DNA from: Nageia nagi
Lineage: Eukaryota > Plantae > Pinophyta
Length of the DNA: 64,000 nucleotides
Direction: 5' to 3'
NCBI GenBank assembly: GCA_050084985.1
Contig: JBITNC010000001.1
Location: 134,974,001-135,038,000 of the forward strand
Part shown: one piece after another, positions 1-13,296 of the stretch
Position numbering within the stretch: position 1 is the stretch's first letter
Layout of the letters: each line of letters opens with the position of its first letter
Made by a program: the position numbers and the translations under genes
Notes under the pieces: generated by a model
The model's database searches: none
What the model saw: only the letters and a program-made list of their open reading frames with translations
Told to the model about the DNA's origin: nothing

Positions 1-1218
1 GAAATCTAGAGGGGCCTGGGTGTAGGAGAAGGTGAAGTCACGAAGAGCTTGAGTAAAATAATCATGCACACAAGATGGCCAGATTTCAAAGACAGGGTCC
101 TAGGTTGTCCCTATGATACATGGAGGCTACTATATTGCTCTCATAGGTGCCAAAAGGTAAACATGTCAAGCCAGGGGTTACAAAGTTAGAGAAGATGGAC
201 AAGTTCGAGTGCACCTGAAGAGCATAGAGGCGTGGTGTTATAGTTGTAACAATTTAATATAATTTAATTTTATTGCAGTTTATTTTAAATTTGGATTTCA
301 AAGAATTTTTAAATTTGGTTCAGCCTTATGACGAATGAGGATTTGCTCCCACAAGTGTTGGAACAAATCTTGTAACACCATGTTGCAATTTCTTATTGGA
401 CCATATTTTATTTTCTCGAAGAATGCATTAGGGTTAAGACAACACTTAGGGTTGCCATAAAAAAACTATAAATAGCCCTTAAGGGCTCATTTGTTACGGT
501 TAGACATTTTGCAATTTGAAGACTTTTGCATATTTTCTTGCTAATACACAAAGTTTCTTTCAAATTGTGAATGTGGTGTACTTGTAATTGATCACTATTT
601 GCTCTCATGTGTTGCAACTTTGAATGGTGAATGAATGTTAATGATCCTTGGTGAATACTATTGCTATCCTTTGCTCCTTCGACTCACTTGGTGCATTTCA
701 TAAATCTTTATAAGGTGGATGAAATAACATTGCATATCTCTTGAAGTGGTTGAAGTAGTATTGTGTAGGCAATAATTCATATTTTGCATTGTAGGCATAT
801 GCATCTTGGAATGGCTCCGCTCTGTTGCTTACTATAGGGACTTTAACCCGTTTGTCTTGGACTACCTTCACTCAATCACTCACTGTCTTTGCCATAGCTT
901 CACGCTCCTTCCACTTGACCATTCGTGTTGTTGGCTAGTGGGACGGATTTAGAATGCATGGAACCTACATCGAGCCCTAATAAGTCGACTTCCAATACCC
1001 TACATAAGATTGTGAGTACACATGCGTTTGTTCCATCCTTGTACCCACCATCTATCCATCTTTTTTCTTTTATTTTTCACTTTCTTTGCGCAACCTTTCG
1101 CACCCTTTTTTATTTTAGTATTTTTGGAAGCAACCTTGTCTAGCCATAAAGATAATCCGAGTCCTTGAGAAACAAATGGTATTTGTGTTGGTGGAAGCTT
1201 CAAACATCTTAGCCGTTC
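1..1218 (+). repeat. 3' part of a long LTR (same family as 34737-37309), interrupted at 1218 by the chromovirus and resuming at 7221
   Basis: Colinear similarity to ~36014-37171 (gatggccagatttcaaagac, gaggatttgctcccaca, ccattcgtgttg..ggctagtggga, ccgagtccttga). TATA ctataaatag at ~466. Sequence from 7221 (ggggtaaccagtcccca) continues the match to ~37210. Confidence 0.85.
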
Positions 1219-1627
1219 TGATACGATGCTACAAATACGAAAGGGAAATATTGCAAAAATGTAAATGAATATCGATTTGAACAAGAAAATGACAACTAAT
1301 CTAATGGAAATAATAGAGCATGCATTGATAATAGAACACGAAATAGCAACAATAAGCAGATAAGGATAGGATTTTACTTAGTAGTAACATAATCATAGGC
1401 CGCTTCGAGGGGGCTACCTCCTTACAACTCCAAAATGAAAATAATGTTCAAGATCCATTTCTCTACACACTTTCGTCTATTTATAATATACTAACCCTAA
1501 CCCTAATAGTAATGCAAAATCGGGCCTAGCCCTTATAATCACAATATTACAGCTTACAATACAGGTTGACAATTTAATTAAAATAACTAATACTAACACT
1601 AAAATGTTAGGATATGGGATCCTAACA
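1219..1627 (-). repeat. 3' LTR of chromovirus
   Basis: tgatacgatgc...ggatcctaaca, ~92% identical to 6806-7215 by hand count. Adjacent 1628-1640 tgccacccctctt is the reverse complement of a polypurine tract. Confidence 0.95.
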
Positions 1628-1629
1628 TG

Positions 1630-4600
1630 CCACCCCTCTTGGGATGAAGCTTTGTCCTCAAAGCTTGAATTGTGGAAATTGTTGCTGCAGCTAATGAAGT
1701 ATTTCCCATGTTGCATCTTCAGGTGCCATGCCTTGCTACTGCATAAGGACTTCTATGATGGTGCGGTTATGAAGCTGTCGTGAACGTTGATCCAAAATTG
1801 CCTCAGGTATGATTGCCACTGATCCATCCTCCACCAACTTAGGTAATTGTGTTTGAACCTGAACCTTCGATCCGACCACTTTCTTGAGACAGGAGACATG
1901 AAACATTGGGTGAATCTTGGAAGAAGCAGGAAGCTTCAATTTGTATGTTGTTGGGCCAATGCGCTATAATACCTTGTAGGGATCATAAAACTTTGGGGCC
2001 AATTTTTGAGGGCCTTTTATTTTTAAGGATTTCTGGCGATAAGGTTGCAGCCTCAGAAAGACCATGTCATCTACTTGGAACTCCCTTTCGACACGTTGCT
2101 GATCAGCCTGTTGCTTCATACGGTGTTGGGCTATCTGAAGGTTATCCTTGAGCAAACTAAGAATATCATCCTAAGTGACTAATGCTGAGTCAACTGCCTG
2201 AACCTTTTTGGTACCTGCAACATACGAGGTGACCGTTGGTGGAGCTTGACCATACACTGCTTCACAGGGGGTCATCTTGCTGGCAGAATGATAAGATGTA
2301 TTATACCACCACTCAGCCAAGGGAAGCCATCGTACCCAATGCACAGGTTGTGCTGAAGCAAAACAGCGTAAATATGTTTCCAAATATTTGTTGACAATTC
2401 CAGTCTGACCATCAATTTGCAGGTGATATGTTGAGCTCATGTTTAGTTGGGTACCTTGCAGCTTGAAAAGCTCTTGCCAAAAATGGCTTGTAAAAGTGGG
2501 ATCACGGTCACTGACAATCATCTCTGACATGCCATGTAGTTTAAAAATTGTATCTAGGAATAATTGTGCCACTGTCACTGCCTTGTAGGGATGAGCCAAT
2601 GAACCAAAATGAACATATTTGGATAACCGATCAACCACTAGTAGAATAACTGATTTACCATTGGATTGAGGAAGGCCTTCAATGAAATCCATCGAGATAT
2701 CGGTCCATGTACGATTAGGTATCGGAAGAGGCTGAAGGAGTCCCGAAGTACCCACTATCTCACCCTTTTGTCGTTGACACACATCACAAGCTGCCACAAC
2801 CTGCTTGATATCCAATTTCATACTTGCCCAATAGAACGATTATGCCACCTGTTTATACGTTTTCAGAAATCCGTCATGTCCTGATGTAGGTGTGGAGTAC
2901 AATTCGACAAGTATTTCTGATTTACATTTTGAAGGAGACGATAACAAAATTCGGCCTTTGAATCTCAAAATACCATCATGTCATGTGTGGTGTGGTTTAC
3001 TCGTGGGATCTTGAGTGATTTATTTTAACAATTCTTGGATGGAGCTATCCTCTGTCCACTCCTGTTTAACTTTATCCAACCATTGAGGAATATGAGACGA
3101 GAGAGCTTGCAGTGCTACCTGATCTTCAAATTTTCTGGACAGAGCATCGGCAACCACATTCTCTTTACCTTTACGGTATACTATCTCATAATCAGACCCC
3201 AGTAGTTTGGTCATCCATTTTTGTTGCTCGGGCGTAGAAATACGTTGCTCAATAAAAAATTTCAATCTATGATGATCCGTTAGGATGATGAAATGGCGGC
3301 AATTGAGATATGGTCTCTAGCGTTGAACTGCATGAATGATGGCAAACATTTCTTTTTCATAGGTGGATTTACCCAAATTTTTACCAAAGAGTGCTCTACT
3401 AGTGAACGCCAAGGGACGTCCCTCCTGCATCAATACTGCCCCGATTCCTACTCCACAAGCATCACTTTCTATCACAAAGGCTTTAGAAAACTTTGGCATT
3501 GCCAATATCGGGGTGGTACACATTGCATCCTTGAGCTTAAGGAAAGCTGCCTCAGCTTGAGGGGACCATTGGAATGCATTCTTTTTCAACAACATTGTTA
3601 GAGGTGCTGCAATGTTACCATAATCTTTCACAAATTTTCTATAATAGCCTGTCAACCCGAAGAATTCTCGGAGATTTTTCAAAGATGTAGGAATAGACTA
3701 GTTCTGCGTGTCAGTAATCTTATGTGGATCCACCTTAACTCCTTTTTTGGATATAATATGGCCTAAGTAGTCAATTTCTCTCTTGCTGAATGAACATTTG
3801 GATTTTTTTGCATATAGCTGATGTTCCCTCAAAATTTGTAAGGTTTGGTTGTGTGCTTGCCATGTCTCACTGTAGATCAAGATATCATCAAAGAAAACTA
3901 AAATGAACTTTTTGAGGAACGGACGAAACACCTGATTCATTAAACTCTAAAATGTGGATGGAGCATTTGTGAGGCCAAAAGGCATGACCAAGAACTCATA
4001 ATGGTTCTCATGGGTGCGAAATGCAGTTTTTGGTATATCCTTCTCCTTGAGGCGGATTTGGTGATACCCAGATGCATGTCCAACTTGGAAAAATATCTTG
4101 CCCCATGCAGTTCATCCAATAATTCATCAATGATCGGTATTGGAAATTTGTTCTTGATGGTAATTTTGTTGAGGGCCTTGAAATCCACACACATATGCCA
4201 CAAGCCATCTTTCTTACGAACCAATATGACTGGAGAAGAATATGGGCTTATGCTAGGTCAGATTATTCCATCCAATAGTTCCTGAACCAATTTTTCAATT
4301 TCATTTTTTTGTAAACAAGGATACTGATAAGGACGAATGTTTGGTGGTTGACTTCCTGGCACCAACTGGATATCATGATCATGAGATCGCTAGGGTGGTA
4401 AGCCCGTTGGTTCCTCAAAGGCATGTGCATGCTTACTTAAGATGGGATGTAGGTCCTTAGGCTCTGTGACTTCAGATTCGGTGATTGCTAAAGAGTATAA
4501 TTGTGCCAGCATTCCCTTCCCAATTTTTCGTAGGATCTTTTCCATACGATGGGAGCTCACAATTTGTGAAGGTCCAACCTGTAATCCCCTGAGAGTATGC

Positions 4601-6039
4601 TCTTGTTCGGCTATCTTGAAGGTCATCCATAGCTCTGCAAAATTCCACTACACGGTGCCCAAAGTCCTCAGCCATTGCACCCCCAAAACTATATCACATC
4701 CCCCAAGTGGTAAAGCGTACATATCGCTTTTCAAAGTATAGTGGCCCATGCTCAGTTTGACATTTTGACATGTGCCTTTACATGTTATTTTTCCTCTATT
4801 ACCAACCATAACCTCAAAATTATTTGTAGGGTGAATGTAATAGTCAGCAATCTTAGCCACCCGTAGATCAATGAAATTATGAGTACTTCCCGAATCCAAC
4901 AATATGATGAGAGTGCGCTTTTTAAAAAACCCTTTGACCTTCATAGTTTGTGGGGTAGTAATTCCTGCCAATGCACTGTAAGAGATAACCGGTGCTTTCT
5001 CATCTGGAATTTCCTCTGTAGCCTTTTCGGGTGCACTCTCATATTCCTCCCACTAGGAGCATCAACATCAAGCAAATATAACTTTTGTTGAGTACAACGA
5101 TGACCATGAACAAATTTCATCACAATTATAGCACAAACCTTTCTTTCGACGCTCTTCCATTTCCTCCTACGTCAACTTCTTAGTTTGCATTGTGCGATTT
5201 GGTGGTGGGGCACTTGTGTTATTAGAGGAATGGGAATTATTATGTGTCTTTGTGAATGGGGGCCTTACATTTCGTCGATAAGCACTGGCCTTATCTTCAG
5301 CAAGCTTTGCCAAAACAATAGCATCCATCATAGTTTTGGGATTAAACATTTTGACTTCTGGTTTAATTTCTTCTTTTAATCCACTGATAAAACAACTTGT
5401 GAAAAATGTGTCATCCAATCCCTCTGTGTGATTTGCTAGTTTCTCAAATTGATTTTGGCATTCTTTGACTGTTGTGGTTTGACGTAACTTGGTCAATGCC
5501 CCTGTGAAATCTTCATAGTCATTAGGACCAAAACGGATCAATAATTGTTGACTAAATTCATCCCATGAAGGAGCAGGTCGAGTTTTTGAGTACCATTGGT
5601 TCCATTGGAGAGCCTCACAGTCCAAATGAAAAGTTGTCATGTGCACCTTCAAATCTTCTGGAATTTGGTTCAATGTAAAATACTGTTCGGACTTATAAAT
5701 CCAGCCAATGGGATCATCTCTATCAAATCGGGGAAAATTCAATTTGGTTGTGCGGGGAAGAATGAAACCACCTTGTTGGCCTTGAAAGTTATGATGATAC
5801 CCTTGTGGATTTCCTAACTGCCCTGATTGTTGTGAATTGGATACATTGTTGGTATGACTGATACTTAGTTGGACATTGTCACATTTATTGTCAATGGTTT
5901 GTATTTGGGTCTGTAGTTGTCAGATTTCAGCCCTGAATGTGCTGATAAGTGTATCTGCCATTTGTTGGATCATAGTCTGAAATGTCATCATGGTAGGATC
6001 AGCTTGTGTTGTTGTTTGGGATCTTGTCTCAGGTGCCAT
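1630..6039 (-). pseudogene. gag-pol polyprotein, disrupted by stops and frameshifts
   Basis: Gag (NFPRFDRDDPIGWI, 5167-5742), protease LLDSGSTHNF (4648-4971), RT FFDDILIYS (3698-4224), RNase H ESDACGVGIGAVL (3317-3682), integrase CDVCQR/ISMDFIEGLP/SDRDPTF (2171-2821), GPY/F-like and chromodomain region (1736-2155). Probable start ATG at 6039. Confidence 0.92.
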
Positions 6040-6791
6040 TTCTGGAAATTGCTATTTCTGAAATTGTTTTTTGGAAATTGCTATTTTTAGAAACTACCCG
6101 AAAAAGTGTATGGGTGTAATATACCAAAATGATCATCTTGAAAAGACGATCGTAATGGGCTAGGTCTCCCGATGATGATTTTCGAACTCCCGGACTGTTT
6201 TTTTACGTCTGTGGGTTTGTTTACTTTTGTTAACAAATGCTGAAACATTACAGATTTTTAGTTATTTAGCTCTGAAGGTTTTGCTGCCTTTGAATTGCTA
6301 TTTTTGGCAGCTCTAAAAAACTGCAAGTCATACATTCTGCCTCCCGATTCAAGGTTTTTTGTGTGAAGGAATGATTCTAGGGTAAGGATTATCTGTTTTG
6401 TAAGCTTGTCTAAACACGCCTCCTATCCAACTTTCGTAAGAAAAGAGGTTGCAGAGATGGCTTCTGTGACAAGTAACTTTCCAGCGGCACTTGCTGGTGC
6501 ACTATAGTTTACAGACGGTCAACACAGCTTCCTACCTAGTTTCTATTTATAGCCTAGATAGTCTTCGATATACCTTTCAGTACGTGAAGTTCGATTCTAT
6601 ATAGGGCTCTGTTTGAGGCTTGGGTATTGGTGTAGAGTTTTTTGCACTTCACTTCACATAGCTTTATGGGCAAGTGTGCTTAGCCAAAAATGACAGATCC
6701 TCTTGGATATTTTAAAACCCCCGGTACAGGGTTTCTAGCTTAGATCTTTAAGAATTTTTTTTTTTCCTGCAGCAGAATGGCCTTGGAAAGA

Positions 6792-6803
6792 GCTCTGATA
6801 CCA
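6792..6803 (-). other. Primer-binding site (tRNA-iMet)
   Basis: gctctgatacca is the reverse complement of TGGTATCAGAGC and lies 2 nt from the 5' LTR. Confidence 0.93.
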
Positions 6804-6805
6804 GA

Positions 6806-7215
6806 TGATATGATGCTACAAATATGAAAGGGAAATATTGCAGAAATGTAAACGAATATCGATTTGAACAGGAAAATAACAACTAATCTAATGGAAATAA
6901 CAAAGCATGCACTGATAATAGAATACGAAATAGCAACAATAAGCAGATAAGGATAGGATTTTATTGAATAGTAACAGAATCACAGGCCTCTTCGGGGGGC
7001 CTACCTCCTTACCACTCCAAAAGTGAAAATAATGTTCAAGATTCATTTCTCCACATACTTCCGCTTATTTATAATATACTAACCCTAATCCTAATAGTAA
7101 TGCAAAATCAGGCCCCGCCCTTACAATCACAATATTACGGTTTACAATATAGGCTGACAATTTAATTAAAATAACTAATACTAACACTAAAATGTTAGGA
7201 TATGGGATCCTAACA
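6806..7215 (-). repeat. 5' LTR of chromovirus
   Basis: tgatatgatgc...ggatcctaaca, followed by TSD cgttc. Confidence 0.95.
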
Positions 7216-7220
7216 CGTTC

Positions 7221-10200
7221 TTTGAGTTTTATTCTTGCAAACCCTAGGAGAGAGACCTTTGGGGTAACCAGTCCCCATAACGAGAAGGGGTAACTTGTCT
7301 TTGTATTTAGTCAGTGTTGTTTCTTAGTAGTACTTGAACAAGCTAGGACCTAAGAGAGACCCAATCGGGTGCAACTTGAGGCGTAGAAAGAATCAGCCTA
7401 AGCTAAGAGAAGAGCAATACTCTCAAGAATCCAACAAAGCTTTGATTTAAGTTCTCGAGGATACTTCCACCTCAACTTCATCCGATACGTCCTTCACTAG
7501 TCCCAGCTCTCCAAGACACTTGGTTCTATTTTTGAATTCCACACAACCAGGTGCTGCACCACAACAAGCTTTTCAATCACAAGCCATTACTTCATCTCAA
7601 GTGATTATTCTGTTCATTGCACAACAAAGGAACATGGCAACAAATCCCCTAGCTTGGTTGAGGGCAAGTCCTATCAGTGTTGTTGAAGAGCAACATGAAT
7701 TGCCAAAGAACCATGAACAACATTTTCAGAAGGACAATCCTGATAGTCTGACATCAGCAGTTCCACTTCCAGTCTTACATTGGCACTCCTACAAGGTTGT
7801 ATGTTGAGCACGAAGATGTGGCTTGTAGGGTGTTCCCATCCATGTTAGAGGGACGGGCTAAAGACTAGTACATCAGCCTGACGTCGAGGTCCATCATGTC
7901 ATGAGGAGTAGAAGAAGCCTTCTTGCAAAGATTTCAGGTGCCTCTAGACCTAGATGTGTTGTACCAACAATTTGTGAACATAAAGAAGTTCCCAAACGAA
8001 CCCATGAGGAATTCGATGACAGATTTCATAAGACCCATTCTAAGTTGGTAGAACCACATACTATCGACCGAGATGTGGTGGTTCAAATGTATTTTAGGGC
8101 ACTTATCCGTTCACAACAACATTTATACCGAGAGAACCTAACATCCGAACCTTGCAACAAGCTTATGTTGCGGCAACCTATATGGAGCGACAACTTCAAC
8201 AAAATATTGAAGGGGAACGGGCTACAAATTTGATGCACTTGATTGGTGGCCTAAATCTTAATAGCACTCAGTCTTCGTCACAGCCAGGCTCTTTGAACAC
8301 CACACAGCCTCAACTCCCAAATATCCCTATGACTGCAAACGTCGTATAGCCAAACCTTTGGCTCTCATGTACACTACACACTGCACACCAACCGTATCCA
8401 ACGTCCCCAATCCTACTGCTTCCTCACAGCCCAAACTACTAAACACTGAGCTCTTGGGTCAAGTGTCACAACCATCTTATCGCAGCATCCCACAAACCTC
8501 CTCAAGCTAAGGGGATATTGGTAGCATTATACGCCAAATTCTTGGGCAGCCTGCCAATGATCCACATAATCAAGAACTTTCAAAAAAGGATGAAGAACTC
8601 GCTAAAAGGGAGCAAGAGTTGATTATGAGAGAGAGAGTTGGCGAGGAAGGAAAAGGACCAAAATGAAAACGGGGCACTATTGAACAATTTGGCCAACACT
8701 ATAAGCCAAGTGCAACCTAACGCGAGATTCAAACAGAACCAGACCCAAAATAACGAGCGCCCACGCAATCCTAACTTTTAGAGACCAAATAGATCATGGA
8801 ATATTGGCCCCAATAATGGTACTGGCAACATGCCTAATCTAATGGCGAAAAATAAGAACTCGTCTCAGCTTAACTACATGGATTTCTTAGGGATTGTGTA
8901 GGATACACAATGCAATACATTCAGAGGCAACTTGCAAAGTTCGTGGCTGCAATGAATGCACTACAACAAGAAATACAAAATTTTGAATTCATCCTGATGA
9001 AGCAACCCCTCAGAAAATCATGATGAGACCTTGATGTTTGAGGTTTACACTTAAAGGGATGACGAGATATAGGAGGATGAAATACCTGAACCCGCACCAG
9101 TGGCCTCAGAATCCATCTATGTTGCATTGGAAAATCCTAAGAGATTTGGGTATACCTTTAGAAGGGAGAGGTAGCCATTGACGGAACCTAATCCTCCTAA
9201 CAACATGCAAGTTCCACGTGACCTAGTATCCTTTAACAATCCACCTCTACCTGATCCAAACTCTCACCTTAGAAATGTTCAACCTCAACCAGAGAGAGCA
9301 GTCCCAAGTTAGGAGAAAGCCCCTACATGCTAGGAAAACACCTCACACCAAGCAAGAGATGTAGGAAAGGGTAAGAGACCAACATGAGAGAATTAGCACT
9401 ACTCTAATTCCCAAGGTCCAAGACTATAGAAAGCTCAATCACATTCAACATGCAACATCTACAAGCTACTAACACATTCACACAATATGACACCAATATA
9501 ATGTGGTTCCTCCCTTCTTGGGAGTACATCCACAACTAGTTCTCTATTCTCAAGTATGCCCCTCTTACAACAATTCCTTCCTCTCTCCTACACAACCTAG
9601 TAGAGTAATCTTACTCCAAAACTTAGATGTGTTTACAAGAGGAGAGGCCCTCTATTTATAGCTTGAGAGCACCTCCCTAACCTCCCTTTAACCCAAGGGT
9701 AAGGTTAGGGTTACAATAAATGTGTGACCTAACTTTAACCTACCAACTAACCCCATGGTTAGGTCAAAGTCCACACATAATAAAGAATTCAATTAATCCC
9801 TTAAGGTATCTACATATCCTTTAAGTGATTAATTGAACTTACAAGGAGTTTAGATATTCACAATATTTCATTACAAATTCTAACACAACAGCATTCAATG
9901 ACGAATTCAACGACCTCTCTTATGACATCATTGAGATGCTGAGAAATAAGAAGGCCAATATCAACTTATTGGAAGCATTAGAAATAGATGAACTGCAAGA
10001 ACGGGTCATAGATTATCTCAAGGGAGTTTTTGATCGCAAGCAAAGATAGAGGAGTGCACCCAATGCCATCCAACCTACTTCTAACTCTAATGGAGATTCC
10101 TCTCCCACGCAGATTCAAATGGCGCTGGATAAAGCTCAAACATACACACCTAGCCAAGCGATCCCTCCTTTCTTGGTCATTATGAGAGTGGCTGGGAAGA

Positions 10201-13200
10201 ACTTACACAATTGTATGATGGACTCGGGAGTCGGGGTAACATCATGCCCTTCTAGGTGTGTAATTCAAGGGATAGTCGAGTTGGGCGAGACACTAGTTAG
10301 GGTGGTGGGGATGATACACAACTTGCGAATCCATATTGCTTCAGGACCTTGGATAATAAGGGATATTGATGTTCAAGTTGTGCAGATTCCGCCAAAATAT
10401 GGCATGTTGCTCAGCCAGAACTGGTTAGACACATTGAATGGGTTTTGGTCTATAGATTTCAAGTACCTATGGTTGTCGTGGAGAGGAGTGTCAAATCAAA
10501 TTAGGGTTCAAAGAGAACCATACTTAAGGGATCTCATCACAAAGTACAACAAAACCAATCAGGTGGCCATGGTGGAGCAAGATTTAGGAGTGTATTGTTT
10601 TGATGTGATCGAGCCTTCTATCACAAGTGACAACCATAACTCATGCCAACTCTCTACCCCCACAAAGAAGAAGGAATCGGAAACAAAATGTTGGGTCCTC
10701 AGGTTTGACGGATCCAAATCCAGGATGGGAGGCAGAACGGGGATTGAATTGCAAAACCCAAAGAAGAAGTATCAGGCTTCCTTTAGGCTTGAGTTCCCTG
10801 CACATGCAACACAACTAAGTATGAGGCCTTGATACAAGGAATGAAGATGGCATTGGCCAAGGGTGTTGAGAACCTCGTCGTGGTTGGAGATTCAGAGTTG
10901 GTTGTCAAGCAAGTTAAAAATCAGTATGAATACAAAGACACCCACCTAAACCAATATCGGTCAAGGGTATGGAGTCTTATGGAGGGCTTCAAAGCCTTCA
11001 ACATCAAAACTGTTTCCAAGAAGCATAATGTAGTGGTAGATTCATTAGCAGTGGCCGCAAGCACTTTCCAACCAGTGGGAGATAATAAGGTGAAAAAGTT
11101 TACAATTCAGATGCTATATACGCCCGTTGTGCCAGACAACATAGAGGCTATCTAGGTGTTTCATGATGATAGACATATCAAGAATTGTATGGCTAACGAG
11201 AGGACCTTTACCTTCCAACGGGTCGAGGAAGAACAAAGGTCGCCACCTGATGGTGATCAACCAAGAGATGATGATGAGTATATAGATGGTTTCCTCCAAC
11301 TAAAGACCAACAAGCTTCCTTAAGGGGTCATAGAGTTGGAGAGACTATTCGACCAAGACGTCATCTAGGAAAATAGACCCAAAGAATAGATTAATGTAGA
11401 AGAGGCGGGGAAAATCAATATAGGGACCAAACAAGATCCCAAGTATATCCTTCTTGGAAAATCTTGCACAGGCAGATTGAGAGAAGAAATAATAAAAGCC
11501 TCTCAAGATTACATGGACGTGATAACCTGGACCTATGATCAATTAAAAACATACAATCCTTGCATAATCACTCATACTATACCTCTGAAACTAGGCACAA
11601 AACCCCTCAGGTAGAAACAAAGAGTTTTGAACCTTTTGTTAGAGCCCATGGTCTTTCAAGAAATTCATAAGTTAGTCCAATCGGGGATCATCTTTCCAGT
11701 CAGGCACTCAACTTGGGTGGCCAACGTAGTCCCGATTAGGAAGAAATAAGGGTATGCATTCACTTCAAACATCTTAATTGTGCCTCAGAGAAGGATAACT
11801 ATCCGTTACCGTCCATGGACGAAGTTCTTCAGATGGTCAATGGCTCTCAGATATTGTCATTTTTGTATGACTACTTTTGAGTATAAAAAAGTCCTGGTGG
11901 ATAAGAGGGACCGATTGAATACCACCTTCACCACCAAACGGGGAACATTTGCTTATAGTCGTATGCTGTTTGGATTGATAAATGCCGAAGCCACTTTTCA
12001 AAGAGTCATGTACTTTGCTTTCAAGGGTCTGGTGTGCAAAAACATCGTCATATATATAAATGACCTCATTGTTTACTCCAAAGACATGAACGATCATGCC
12101 CGACATCTAAAGAAGATATTCCAAAGATGTAGAGAATTCAGGATTTCTCTAAACTCGAGAAAGTGTATCTTTTGGGTCACTAGAGGCATACTACTTGGTC
12201 ATGTCATCTCAGAGAAGGGAATCTCCATTGATCCGAAAAGAGTAGACGCTATTGAGAAGATCCCTTATCCATCAACCCCGAAGGAACTTAGGTCTTTCAT
12301 GGGGAAGATCAACTTCGTTCGCAAGTTCATCTCGGGTTATGCTAAAATTGTGAAACCCCTCACCGAGATGATGAAGAAAGATGCCAAGATAAAAGTGATA
12401 AATGAAGCGAAGAAAGCCTTCCATGACATTAAGGAGGCCATATCTAGGGCACTAGTTCTCACAAGCCTTGACTATAAAAAGACTTTCTACTTGTACTCCT
12501 TCCCTTCGGAGCATTCGGTGGCAAGGGTCTTGACCCAAAAGGTTGAAGATGATAAAGAGAAGCCTATTGCTTTCATGAGCGCTCCTCTTAGAGATGTTGT
12601 TTTGAGATATCCCATGCTGGATAAATAAGCCTATGCCTTGGTGAAAGCAATCAAGAAGTTTCATCACTACATCTTGCGTAGTGAGGTAAATGCTATTGTG
12701 CCCGACCAAACCATTAAGAACTTGCTAGCCCAACAGGATATGGCCATCCAAAGTGGTAACTGGGTCTCTACTCTCCAGGAGTTTGATCTATGTATCCAGC
12801 CAATGAGGATTGTTAGAGGTCAAGGGCTTACTCAAACATTAGCATTTTGCCAAGATAGTATAGCACCAAGGTCACCCAATGAGATTTCGAATTCTTCTTC
12901 TCAAGTTTGTCAATATGTTACTTCACCAGATTCCTGGTTCAAAGATATCACATGTTACATCACTTTTGGTGCATACCCTCCGAATTTCGTTTCAGCCTAG
13001 AAAAGAGCCCTGAGGTTCAAAGCAACAAAGTTGATGTTGAGATATGGGGTTCTTTATCGAAAAAATTATCTTGGTATTTATTTGAGGTGCTTAGAAAAGG
13101 AAGAGGCTCATAAAGTCCTCGAAGAATTCCACAACAAAGAAGGTGGAACAGGCCACGCACCAGGGAACGGTCTAGCACATCAAATCCTCTGTGTGGAATA

Positions 13201-13296
13201 TTACTGGCCTTTCCTCTTCCGAGATGCTCATCAGTATGCTAAGATTTGTCACGATTGCCAAACCACTGCTGGAAAGGAAATTTTTTCAAGCATTCC
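7221..13296 (+). mobile_element. Degenerate Ty3/gypsy Tat-clade (TatII-like) element: LTR end, gag, PR, extra RNase H, RT, RNase H and start of integrase; truncated at 3'
   Basis: Gag remnants ~7600-8250. Protease NCMMDSG (~10210). Extra RNase H at 10690-11070 (WVLRFDGS..GDSELVVKQV..VDSLA). RT in 11780-12628 (TTFTTKRGTF, FGLINA, YINDL). Native RH KPIAFMS. Integrase zinc-finger region H..H..CHDC at 13031-13290. Confidence 0.88.
9385..9885 (-). repeat. Solo LTR (~500 bp) inserted in the TatII-like element
   Basis: tgagagaatt...aattctaaca termini. Perfect TSD CAACA (9380-9384, 9886-9890). Reverse TATA ctctatttatag at ~9650. Confidence 0.88.

Larger units (their letters stand above)
1219..7215 (-). 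mobile_element. Full-length, degenerate Ty3/gypsy chromovirus (Reina-like) LTR retrotransposon
   Basis: Two ~410-bp TG..CA LTRs (1219-1627, 6806-7215). Perfect 5-bp TSD CGTTC (1214-1218, 7216-7220). PBS and PPT present. Gag-PR-RT-RH-INT-chromodomain remnants on the minus strand. Lineage call rests on ~6 kb size, short LTRs, Met PBS and chromodomain. Confidence 0.95.

Noticed and set aside
1493-1506. aaccctaaccctaa as interstitial telomere
   Set aside because: Only two units, present in both LTR copies, so it is an LTR promoter-proximal motif and not a telomeric array.
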